This document shows, piece after piece, positions 9,078 through 16,860 of a stretch of DNA of 64,000 nt. This stretch comes from Actinomycetota bacterium. Lineage in GTDB: Bacteria; Actinomycetota; UBA4738; HRBIN12. Below the pieces are notes generated by a model, which did not search any database, was not told where the DNA came from, and saw nothing but the letters and a program-made list of their open reading frames with translations. How positions within the stretch are numbered: the stretch's first letter is position 1; the number at the start of each line of letters is the position of its first letter. Both the position numbers and the translations under genes were made by a program. The DNA is taken from positions 7,057-71,056 of the forward strand of contig DATBJQ010000090.1 in the NCBI GenBank assembly GCA_036556385.1, in the 5' to 3' direction.

Positions 9078-9920
9078 ATGAGGTCACGAGGTCTGGTCGT
9101 CGCCATCGCCGTGGTGCTTGCGGTCCTGGCGGCGGTGGGAGTCATCGTCTATACGAACAACGTCGAGAAGACGGTCACCGAGGAGAACACGACGCCCGTC
9201 GTCGTGTCGGATCAGGACATCACCACGGGGACCGCGCTCGACCCGCTGCTCGATCAGGGCGCGTTCAAGACGATCAACGTCCCGGACGCGACGCTGGTTG
9301 ACGGCGCCGTCACCACCGAGGACCAGCTCCGGGGCGCGGTCACGTCGGCCCCGATCTACGCGAACGAGCAGATCCCCGTGAGCCGTCTCGGTGAGACGCC
9401 CACGGACCTCCTCGGCGTGAGCGAGGGCCACGTGGGCATCGGCATGGAGATCGGCGGCCCGCAGGGCGCGAACGGCGCGATCCAGCAGGGCAGCCAGATC
9501 GTGATGTACGCCACGTTCGCGCAGGGCACCGTCGTGACCCGCGACGCCGTCTCGAAGCTCCTGTCCGAGCAGCAGATCCAGGAGTTCTTCGAGGCCGTCC
9601 AGAGCGGCGCCGACCCGGCGTCGGTGTCCAACGCCGCTGTCCTCGTGACCAACTTCGACTTCACCGTCACGCTCGTGAAGAGCGTCAAGGTCCTGGCGAT
9701 CCAGAACCCGACCGTCGACGAGACCACCGGACGCAAGAACGGCGGCTCCTCGACGCTCGTTCTGGACCTCCTCCCCACGGACGCGCAGACCGTGATCTTC
9801 GCCAACGAGCAGGCCAAGCTGTGGCTGGGTCTCCTTCCCGAGAAGAACGAGGAGGGCTACGATTCGGAGGCCGTGTTCGGCATCCCGATCGAGAAGCTGA
9901 CGGGAGTTGAGAGGGGTTGA
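9078..9920 (+). CDS. cpaB: Flp pilus assembly protein CpaB/RcpC (SAF domain)
   Basis: N-terminal TM anchor (LVVAIAVVLAVLAAVGVIVY), then a SAF/RcpC-like domain. The gene sits between flp and cpaE. Confidence 0.8.
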   Translation: MRSRGLVVAIAVVLAVLAAVGVIVYTNNVEKTVTEENTTPVVVSDQDITTGTALDPLLDQGAFKTINVPDATLVDGAVTTEDQLRGAVTSAPIYANEQIPVSRLGETPTDLLGVSEGHVGIGMEIGGPQGANGAIQQGSQIVMYATFAQGTVVTRDAVSKLLSEQQIQEFFEAVQSGADPASVSNAAVLVTNFDFTVTLVKSVKVLAIQNPTVDETTGRKNGGSSTLVLDLLPTDAQTVIFANEQAKLWLGLLPEKNEEGYDSEAVFGIPIEKLTGVERG

Positions 9921-11149
9921 CCGAGGCAAGCGTCGTCGCCGTCGGGACGCCGCAGTCCTTCCGCCAGCAGCTGGCGCGGTCCCTTGAGGTCGAGGTCGAC
10001 GAGGTCGGCTGGGTCCAGTCGGCCACGGCGGCCGAAGAGCTCCTGATCACCGCCTACAGCCCGGTGGACGTGCTGGTGCTGTCGCCGGAGGTCAAGGAGC
10101 CCGACGCCCTGGGGCTGGCGGAGTTCGTCGGCCGCACGGCACCCGGCACGGCCATCGTGCTGGTCCGTGACCACACCTGGAACGGGCTGCTCCCGGCGGC
10201 GATGCGCGCGGGCATCCGCGACGTCGTCGACCTGACCCAGGGCAGCGACGAGCTCCGCGAGGCCGTGGAACGGGCGATCGTCTGGGCCACGAACCTGCGT
10301 TCGGCCAACCTGACCCAGGTGCGGTCCGACGGCTCCAAGTCGGTCCGGGGCCACATCATCTCGGTCTTCTCGTCGAAGGGCGGCTCGGGCAAGACGTTCC
10401 TGACGGCCAACCTGGCCGCCGCGATCGCCGACGTCACCGACGAGGACACGGCCGCGGTCGACCTCGACGTCGACATGGGTGACGTGTTCACCTACTTCGG
10501 CAGGGAGCCGTCGGCGACGGTCCACGACCTGATGGAGCTCGGCGAGGGCGTCGAGCACGACCGGATCCGCGAGGTCGGCGTGGAGGTCGCCCCCCGGACG
10601 TGGGCGTTCGGCGCCCCGCCCGATCCGGCGGCCGAGACGCCGGCGGGAGAGGCGGTGGGCAAGTTCCTGCGGGCGATCCGCAGCGACTTCTCGTACGTGG
10701 TCGTCGACGCGTCCGTGGACTACTCGGACCTCGCGCTCGTCTGCTTCGACCTCTCGGACATGATCTGCCTGGTCACCGGGCTCGACGTGGTGGGCGTGAA
10801 GCACCTGTCCAAGGCGCTCGACACGCTGCTCACGATCGGGCTGCCGCGCGAGCGCTTCCGCGTCGTGTTGAACCGCGCCGACTCCAAGGTCGGTCTGGAC
10901 GCCGCGGACGTGGAGCGCGTCATGAAGATCTCGGTCGACGCCATGATCCCCTCGAGCCGGCTCGTGCCGACGTCCCTCAACAAGGGCCGTCCGGTCGTGC
11001 TGGACGAGCCGGGGTCGGCCGTGTCGCAGTCGATCCACAACCTCGCGATCCGCCTCACCGGCGCCGTGGAAGCCGGCGCGTCGGCGGACCTCGACTCGGC
11101 TGCGGAACCCCGTCGGAAGAAGGGCTTGTTCGCCCGGATGAAGAGCTGA
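9917..11149 (+). CDS. cpaE: Flp pilus assembly ATPase-like protein CpaE/TadZ (pseudo-receiver plus ParA/MinD-type P-loop)
   Basis: 'ISVFSSKGGSGKTFLTANLAAAIAD' is a deviant Walker A. The N-terminal receiver-like domain lacks catalytic residues. An ATGA overlap couples it to cpaB. Confidence 0.85.
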   Translation: MTEASVVAVGTPQSFRQQLARSLEVEVDEVGWVQSATAAEELLITAYSPVDVLVLSPEVKEPDALGLAEFVGRTAPGTAIVLVRDHTWNGLLPAAMRAGIRDVVDLTQGSDELREAVERAIVWATNLRSANLTQVRSDGSKSVRGHIISVFSSKGGSGKTFLTANLAAAIADVTDEDTAAVDLDVDMGDVFTYFGREPSATVHDLMELGEGVEHDRIREVGVEVAPRTWAFGAPPDPAAETPAGEAVGKFLRAIRSDFSYVVVDASVDYSDLALVCFDLSDMICLVTGLDVVGVKHLSKALDTLLTIGLPRERFRVVLNRADSKVGLDAADVERVMKISVDAMIPSSRLVPTSLNKGRPVVLDEPGSAVSQSIHNLAIRLTGAVEAGASADLDSAAEPRRKKGLFARMKS

Positions 11150-11171
11150 GGAAGGTAAGGAGGCGCCCCTC

Positions 11172-12491
11172 ATGTCCCTCGCAGATCGCCTCGCGAAGGC
11201 GCAGCAGCGCGACCGCATCGCGGAGGTTCGCTCCCGCGTGCAGGAGCGTCTGGTCGAGTCCCTCGGCCCGCGCCTGTACGACGCGACCCTCTCGGACACC
11301 GAGCTCGAAGGCCTGGTCCACCAGCGCCTGCGTGAGCTCCTGGACGAGGAGGAGGGTCCGCTCTCCGCGCAGGAGAAGCTCCTCATCGTCCGTCAGATCG
11401 GCGACAGCGTCCTGGGTCTGGGGCCACTGGAGCCGTTCGTCCGTGACCCCGAGGTCACGGAGATCATGGTCAACAACTGGGACACGATCTACGTGGAGCG
11501 CGCCGGCAAGCTCTTCTGGACCGGCACGAAGTTCCACGACGAGCAGCAGCTCCGCCGGACGATCGACAAGATCGTGGCCAAGGTGGGCCGCCGCGTCGAC
11601 GAGGCCTCGCCCTACGTGGACGCCCGGTTGCCCGACGGCTCGCGTGTCAACGCGATCATCCAGCCGCTCGCGATCGATGGTCCGTCGCTGACGATCCGGA
11701 AGTTCGCCGCCGATCCCTACCAGGCCGACGATCTGATCGAGTTCGGCACCATGACCTCGTCGGTCTCCCGCTTCCTCGAGGCCTGTGTCCGCGGACGCAT
11801 CAACGTCCTGGTCGCGGGCGGAACGGGCGCCGGCAAGACCACCACCCTCAACGTGATCTCGTCGTTCATCCCGGACGACGAGCGCATCATCACGATCGAG
11901 GACGCCGCCGAGCTGAAGCTCCAGCAGCCCCACGTGGTGCGGCTGGAGTCCCGGCCACCGAACATCGAGGGCAAGGGGCAGGTCACGATCCGCGACCTCG
12001 TCCGCAACGCCCTGCGCATGCGGCCCGACCGCATCGTCGTCGGTGAGGTCCGTGGCTCGGAGGCCCTGGACATGCTCCAGGCGATGAACACCGGTCACGA
12101 CGGCTCGATCAGCACGATCCACTGCAACAGCCCGCGTGACGCCCTGAGCCGTCTGGAGACGATCACGATGATGGCGGGGATGGAGCTGTCCGCCCGGTCG
12201 ATCCGGGAGCAGATCGCGTCGGCGATCCAGCTGATCGTCTACCAGCAGCGCCTCAAGGACGGGACCCGCCGGTTCACCCACGTGACCGAGGTCGCGGGGA
12301 TGGAGGGTGAGGTCATCACCCTGCAGGACATCTTCCTGTTCGACTTCCAGGCGGGGATCGACGAGGAGGGGCGGTTCCGTGGTCGGCTGAAGTCCACGGG
12401 TCTGCGGCCGAAGTTCCTCGACAAGCTCGCCGAGCGCGGCGTGTACCTCGACCCCGAGGTCTTCGCCCTGGAGCCCAAGGGGAGCTCGTGA
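11172..12491 (+). CDS. cpaF: Tad secretion ATPase CpaF/TadA (VirB11/GspE family)
   Basis: '[37 protein letters not shown]' (Walker A plus Asp box) and '[14 protein letters not shown]' (His box). Confidence 0.9.
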   Translation: MSLADRLAKAQQRDRIAEVRSRVQERLVESLGPRLYDATLSDTELEGLVHQRLRELLDEEEGPLSAQEKLLIVRQIGDSVLGLGPLEPFVRDPEVTEIMVNNWDTIYVERAGKLFWTGTKFHDEQQLRRTIDKIVAKVGRRVDEASPYVDARLPDGSRVNAIIQPLAIDGPSLTIRKFAADPYQADDLIEFGTMTSSVSRFLEACVRGRINVLVAGGTGAGKTTTLNVISSFIPDDERIITIEDAAELKLQQPHVVRLESRPPNIEGKGQVTIRDLVRNALRMRPDRIVVGEVRGSEALDMLQAMNTGHDGSISTIHCNSPRDALSRLETITMMAGMELSARSIREQIASAIQLIVYQQRLKDGTRRFTHVTEVAGMEGEVITLQDIFLFDFQAGIDEEGRFRGRLKSTGLRPKFLDKLAERGVYLDPEVFALEPKGSS

Positions 12492-13507
12492 TGCTGGCCG
12501 CGTCCTTCTGGGACAGCTCGACGGCGCAGATCGTCCTGGCCGTCCTGGTCGGGCTGACCGCCTTCCTCCTGACCTGGTTCCTGTTGGGCAGCGCCGCTCG
12601 GGCCCGCAAGGACCGCGAGATCGAGGAGCGGATGCGCGCGGTGATCAAGCCGGGGGAGCAGCCCCGCGGCGCGGTCGCCGGGACCAGCACCAAGTCCGCC
12701 GCGGCCGGGTGGATCCCCGGCGGCGTGACCGCCTTCGCCACGCGGTTCGCCGAGGCGCGCGGCTTCAGCGAGCGCCTCGACTCACAGCTCGAGGCAGCCG
12801 GCGTCTCCCTGCGATCGGGCGAGTTCGTGGTGGCCTCGGTCGTGGCGGCGCTGGTGTTCGGGCTCCTCGGCGCGGCGCTCCTGGGCAACTTCCTGCTGGC
12901 CCTGGTGCTGGGCGTGATCGGCGCGATCGTCCCCTCGATCGTGCTGCGGTCCTCGCTGCAGCGCCGGGCGGAGAAGCTGCGTGAGCAGCTGCCGGACGTC
13001 CTGACGATCCTGGCTTCGTCGCTGCGTGCCGGCCACAGCTTCCTGCAGTCGTTGGACACCGTGGCCAAGGAGATCGCGCCGCCGGCGGCGGCCGAGTTCC
13101 AGCGTGTGGTCGCGGAGATCCGTCTGGGACGCCCGGCCGAGGACGCCTTGGAGGCGCTGGCCGAGCGGGTCGGCAGCCCCGACTTCAAGTGGGCGGTGCT
13201 CGCCGTGAACATCCAGCGCGAGGTCGGCGGCAACCTGGCAGAGATCCTCGACAACGTCGCGGACACGCTCCGCGAGCGGGCCATGCTCCGCCGCCAGGTC
13301 CGGGTGCTGACCGCTGAGGGCCGGCTCTCGGCCTGGGTCCTGGCGTTGCTGCCCGTGGGCATCGCGCTCTACATCACCGCAGTGAATCCCGAGTACATCG
13401 GCACGCTCGTCACCGAGACGATGGGCCTCATCATGCTGGCGGGGTCGCTCATCCTGCTGGTCGCGGGCGTGCTCTGGATGAGGAAGATCGTGAATATCGA
13501 TGTCTGA
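12488..13507 (+). CDS. tadB: Tad pilus inner-membrane platform protein TadB (T2SS F domain)
   Basis: Polytopic membrane protein with a GspF-like cytoplasmic domain. Overlaps the cpaF stop and the tadC start. Confidence 0.8.
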   Translation: MMLAASFWDSSTAQIVLAVLVGLTAFLLTWFLLGSAARARKDREIEERMRAVIKPGEQPRGAVAGTSTKSAAAGWIPGGVTAFATRFAEARGFSERLDSQLEAAGVSLRSGEFVVASVVAALVFGLLGAALLGNFLLALVLGVIGAIVPSIVLRSSLQRRAEKLREQLPDVLTILASSLRAGHSFLQSLDTVAKEIAPPAAAEFQRVVAEIRLGRPAEDALEALAERVGSPDFKWAVLAVNIQREVGGNLAEILDNVADTLRERAMLRRQVRVLTAEGRLSAWVLALLPVGIALYITAVNPEYIGTLVTETMGLIMLAGSLILLVAGVLWMRKIVNIDV

Positions 13508-14444
13508 CGTCTGGCTCTTCCTCGCTGTTGGGTGCCTGTTCCTCGCGATCGTGCTGGTCGGCATCGCCGTCGATCAGCAGATGGCCGAGAAGCGCCGTGC
13601 CGTGCGCCTGCTCGAGACCCAGATCGTGGGCCCGTCCGGGACGATCGCGCCGAACGTCGACGTGCGCGAGCAGGAGATGCAGGAGAACTTCGGCACGCGC
13701 GTGCTCGTGCCGATCCTGTCGCGGGCCGGCCGGGTCGCGCGACGGATCACGCCGCTGGACACGCGCGACCGGATCGCCCGCAAGCTGATCCTGGCCGGCA
13801 GCCCCGTGGGGTGGGACGCCGAGCGCGTCCTGGCCTTCAAGGTGATCGGCGCGATCGGCGGGTTCGTCCTGTCGCTGGTCATCATGCAGCTGTTCGACCT
13901 GTCGGCCCTGCTCCAGCTCGTGGTGATCGGTCTGCTCACCGTCGTGGGCTTCATCGCTCCGGATGCGATCTTGAACAACCGCGTCGAGGAGCGGCAGCGC
14001 GAGATCCTGCGCACGCTGTCCGACACGCTGGACCTGCTCACGATCAGCGTCGAGGCGGGCCTCTCGCTCAACGCCGCGATCGCCCAGGTCGTGCGGAACG
14101 TGCCCGGGGTCCTGTCGGCGGAGTTCGCCCGCATGCTCCAGGAGATCCAGCTGGGCGTCCCCCGGTCCGAGGCCTTCCGCAACCTGGCCGAGCGCACCGA
14201 CGTCGAGGAGCTGAACGCCTTCGCCCTGGCGATGATCCAGGCCGACGTGTTCGGTGTGTCGATCTCCAGCGTGCTCCGGACCCAGGCTCAGCAGCTGCGG
14301 ATCAAGCGCCGGCAGGCGATCGAGGCACGGGCCCAGCAGACGCCCGTGAAGATCGTCTTCCCGCTGGTGCTCTGCATCCTGCCCGCCCTGTTCGTGGTCA
14401 TCGTGGGGCCCGGCGCGATCCGCATCTTCCAGGCCTTCAGCTGA
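13500..14444 (+). CDS. tadC: Tad pilus inner-membrane platform protein TadC (T2SS F domain)
   Basis: Paralogous to TadB in GspF-like topology. It is the last gene of the operon, and its stop lies inside a 15-bp tandem duplication. Confidence 0.8.
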   Translation: MSDVWLFLAVGCLFLAIVLVGIAVDQQMAEKRRAVRLLETQIVGPSGTIAPNVDVREQEMQENFGTRVLVPILSRAGRVARRITPLDTRDRIARKLILAGSPVGWDAERVLAFKVIGAIGGFVLSLVIMQLFDLSALLQLVVIGLLTVVGFIAPDAILNNRVEERQREILRTLSDTLDLLTISVEAGLSLNAAIAQVVRNVPGVLSAEFARMLQEIQLGVPRSEAFRNLAERTDVEELNAFALAMIQADVFGVSISSVLRTQAQQLRIKRRQAIEARAQQTPVKIVFPLVLCILPALFVVIVGPGAIRIFQAFS

Positions 14445-14460
14445 CAGGCCTTCAGCTGAC
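14431..14460. repeat. Perfect 15-bp tandem duplication (AGGCCTTCAGCTGAC x2) spanning the tadC stop codon
   Basis: Copy 1 is at 14431-14445 and contains the tadC TGA. Copy 2 is at 14446-14460. Confidence 0.9.
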
Positions 14461-14639
14461 CCGCCTCGCGGGTCCCACCTGACGGCTCACCGCCTCCGGC
14501 GGCACCCGACCCATGGCCGGGGCCATCCGTCCCGGCATCGGTCGTGCGCCCGCGGCATCCATCGGCTCCCCAGGGATGGGCCATCGGACCGATGACTGCG
14601 GGGTGCGGGTGGGATAGTGTCCGTCCAACGGCTTAGTAG

Positions 14640-16148
14640 GTGCCGGTCGCGGTCGGAGGGGATCGTCGGGTGCAGGAGAGGATCGATCACGTTGCTGCGG
14701 CGCGCACCGTCGTGCCGATCCGCAGCCGCCGTTCCGCGCGGTCGCAGTTCCGCCGGCTGTTCCGCTGGATGGCACTCACCGACGTGCTCTCGTTCGCCGG
14801 GGCGCTGCTCCTGGCCTACTTCCTCTCCTACCTGGCCGGATCGTTGTCCGAGAGCCTCCTGCCGGACCGCCCCGAGCCGCAGAGGGTCGTCCCGGCCCTG
14901 CTCCTGGTCGCCCCCTTCATCCTGCTGGCCACGTTCCTGGCCTTCCGGCTCTACGAGACGCACCGGATCGCCCCGGCCGAGGAGTTCCGACGGATCATCA
15001 TCGCCGTGTCGCTCGGCGTCGGCGTCCTCATGTTCACGTCGTTCTGGTCGAAGGCCGAGCTGTCGCGCGAGTGGGTGGGCCTGTCGTGGATCCTGGCCCT
15101 CGTCTTCGTCCTGTCGTCGCGCCGGCTCTGGCACGCCCGGATCCACCGGCAGCGACAGCTGGGCAAGCTGACGTTCCCCACGATCATCGTCGGCACCAAC
15201 ACCGAGGCGCAGCAGCTGGCCGACGCCCTCTCCCGGCCGGCGCTGGGGTTCCGTCCGATCGGCATGATCGCGACCCACGACGAGGGGGGCGGCACCCCCG
15301 CCCTGCCGGTCCTCGGCGACACGTCGGATCTGCGGCAGATCCTCAAGGACACCGGCGCCGAGTGCGTCTTCGTGGCCTCGACCTCGGTGACCCCCGAGGA
15401 GCTGAAGCCCGTCGCTCGCGTCGTGCGGATCGAGGGGCTCGAGGTCCGGATCACGGCGTCGCTGCCCGAGGTGCTCTCGTCCCGGCTGACGGTGCAGACG
15501 CTCGGTGGGACCACCGCGCTGTCCCTGCGGCCCGCCCGCCTGAGCGGCACGCAGGTGATCGCGAAGTTCACCTTCGACATCCTCGTCGCGGGCCTGCTCC
15601 TGTTCCTGCTGTCCCCGCTGCTCCTCCTGATCGCGATCGCCGTGAAGGCTTCGTCGCCGGGGCCGGTCCTGTTCCGGCAGCGACGGATCGGTCTGCGCGG
15701 TCGACCGTTCACGATGTTGAAGTTCCGCACGATGCGCAACGGCGCCGAGCGCGAGGTCGAGCGGCTGCGTGCCGAGTGGGGCGTCACGGACGTGATGTTC
15801 AAGCTGAAGGACGACCCGCGCGTCACGCGGGTCGGCCGGCTCCTGCGCCGTCTGTCGCTGGACGAGCTCCCGCAGCTGATCAACGTCGTGAAGGGGGACA
15901 TGAGCCTGGTGGGTCCCCGTCCGCCGCTCCCCGAGGAGGTCACGCGGTACGAGGACTGGCACTTCGAGCGGCTCGAGGTCCTGCCCGGGATCACCGGCCT
16001 GTGGCAGGTGAGCGGCCGCGCGGACCTCTCGTTCGACGAGGCGGTCCGCCTGGACCTGTTCTACGTCGAGAACTGGTCGCTCACGTACGACCTGTACATC
16101 CTCGTCAAGACGATCCCGGTGTTGCTCTCCAAGCGTGGTGCCTACTGA
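14640..16148 (+). CDS. Polyprenyl-phosphate hexose-1-phosphate transferase (WbaP/CpsE 'bacterial sugar transferase' family), initiating glycosyltransferase
   Basis: C-terminus 'FDILVAGLLLFLLSPLLLLIAIAVKASSPGPVLFRQRRIGLRGRPFTMLKFRTMRNGAE...DDPRVTRVGRLLRRLSLDELPQLINVVKGDMSLVGPRP'. N-terminal 4-TM block plus central domain as in WbaP. The true start may be the internal Met near 14769. Confidence 0.85.
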   Translation: MPVAVGGDRRVQERIDHVAAARTVVPIRSRRSARSQFRRLFRWMALTDVLSFAGALLLAYFLSYLAGSLSESLLPDRPEPQRVVPALLLVAPFILLATFLAFRLYETHRIAPAEEFRRIIIAVSLGVGVLMFTSFWSKAELSREWVGLSWILALVFVLSSRRLWHARIHRQRQLGKLTFPTIIVGTNTEAQQLADALSRPALGFRPIGMIATHDEGGGTPALPVLGDTSDLRQILKDTGAECVFVASTSVTPEELKPVARVVRIEGLEVRITASLPEVLSSRLTVQTLGGTTALSLRPARLSGTQVIAKFTFDILVAGLLLFLLSPLLLLIAIAVKASSPGPVLFRQRRIGLRGRPFTMLKFRTMRNGAEREVERLRAEWGVTDVMFKLKDDPRVTRVGRLLRRLSLDELPQLINVVKGDMSLVGPRPPLPEEVTRYEDWHFERLEVLPGITGLWQVSGRADLSFDEAVRLDLFYVENWSLTYDLYILVKTIPVLLSKRGAY

Positions 16149-16152
16149 TGCA

Positions 16153-16347
16153 TCAGGGGGTGCGAGGCAGCAACGAGGTCGCCCGGAGCCAGGCGTCGCG
16201 CCGGTCCCGCTCGTCCGACACCGGGCCGCGGGCCGCCACCCGGTCGGCCATCACCAACCAGCCCTCGGCGGCATCCAGGTCGCCATCGGCGACCGCGGCC
16301 GCGAACTCGGCGGCGAGCAGATCCAGGGTCGAGCGACGGAACCTCAC
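16153..16347 (-). CDS. Possible small acidic helical protein (hypothetical), convergent with the sugar-transferase gene
   Basis: The frame shows about 90% GC3 across '...STLDLLAAEFAAAVADGDLDAAEGWLVMADRVAARGPVSDERDRRDAWLRATSLLPRTP*'. Candidate GTG start at 16347. No recognisable domain. Confidence 0.25.
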   Translation of the reverse strand: MRFRRSTLDLLAAEFAAAVADGDLDAAEGWLVMADRVAARGPVSDERDRRDAWLRATSLLPRTP

Positions 16348-16534
16348 CCTCCAGGTATCGACCGGAGGTCGCCTGAACCTGAAACGCAATCGATTTCGCA
16401 ACCGAAAGACCGAGGAAACCGTCCCCAGGTCTTTGTCGGACCCGCTCCTTCGCCCTACGATTCGCCCGACGATTGACATCCGACGCGATACCGACGACCA
16501 TTCGATGTACGAGAGAAAGGGGCCCCCCGTCACC

Positions 16535-16798
16535 ATGAAGCGAGTCACGCAGATCCTCGCGTTCACCTGCGCCGCCGTGATGATGAGCGCGACTGCCGCG
16601 CTCGCGCAGACCACCACGTACCCGCCGACCGAGACGTCGTCGGTCGCACCCAGCAGCGGCGCCACCGGCGGTGGCACGGCGTTCACGGGGAGTGGGGGCG
16701 GCCTCTCATCGGCGGCCATCATCGCGGCGGTCCTGCTGGTCGTGGGCCTCGCGGCACTGTTCGCCGCGCGTCGCCGCGCCGCGCGCATCGAGATCTGA
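16535..16798 (+). CDS. Small secreted protein (87 aa): signal peptide, a 35-aa Thr/Ser/Gly-rich mature region, then a Gly-rich C-terminal sorting-signal-like anchor
   Basis: AGAAAGG RBS 10 nt upstream of the ATG. 'MKRVTQILAFTCAAVMMSATAALA/QTT' is a signal peptide. The C-terminus 'TAFTGSGGG-LSSAAIIAAVLLVVGLAALFAARRRAARIEI' is a Gly-Gly motif, then a TM helix, then a basic cluster. GC3 is very high. Confidence 0.7.
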   Translation: MKRVTQILAFTCAAVMMSATAALAQTTTYPPTETSSVAPSSGATGGGTAFTGSGGGLSSAAIIAAVLLVVGLAALFAARRRAARIEI

Positions 16799-16860
16799 TC
16801 CAGATCCGGCGCCCGGCGGCCCGGCCCGCCACCTGAACCAGGCCGACCGATCCAGCCTGC

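Noticed and set aside
16135-16476. 113-aa plus ORF in the wbaP-to-mini-protein spacer
   Set aside because: GC3 is low and the composition mixed, and the second half overlaps an AT-richer promoter-like stretch. The minus-frame small ORF (16153..16347) has much better coding statistics, and even that is only tentative.
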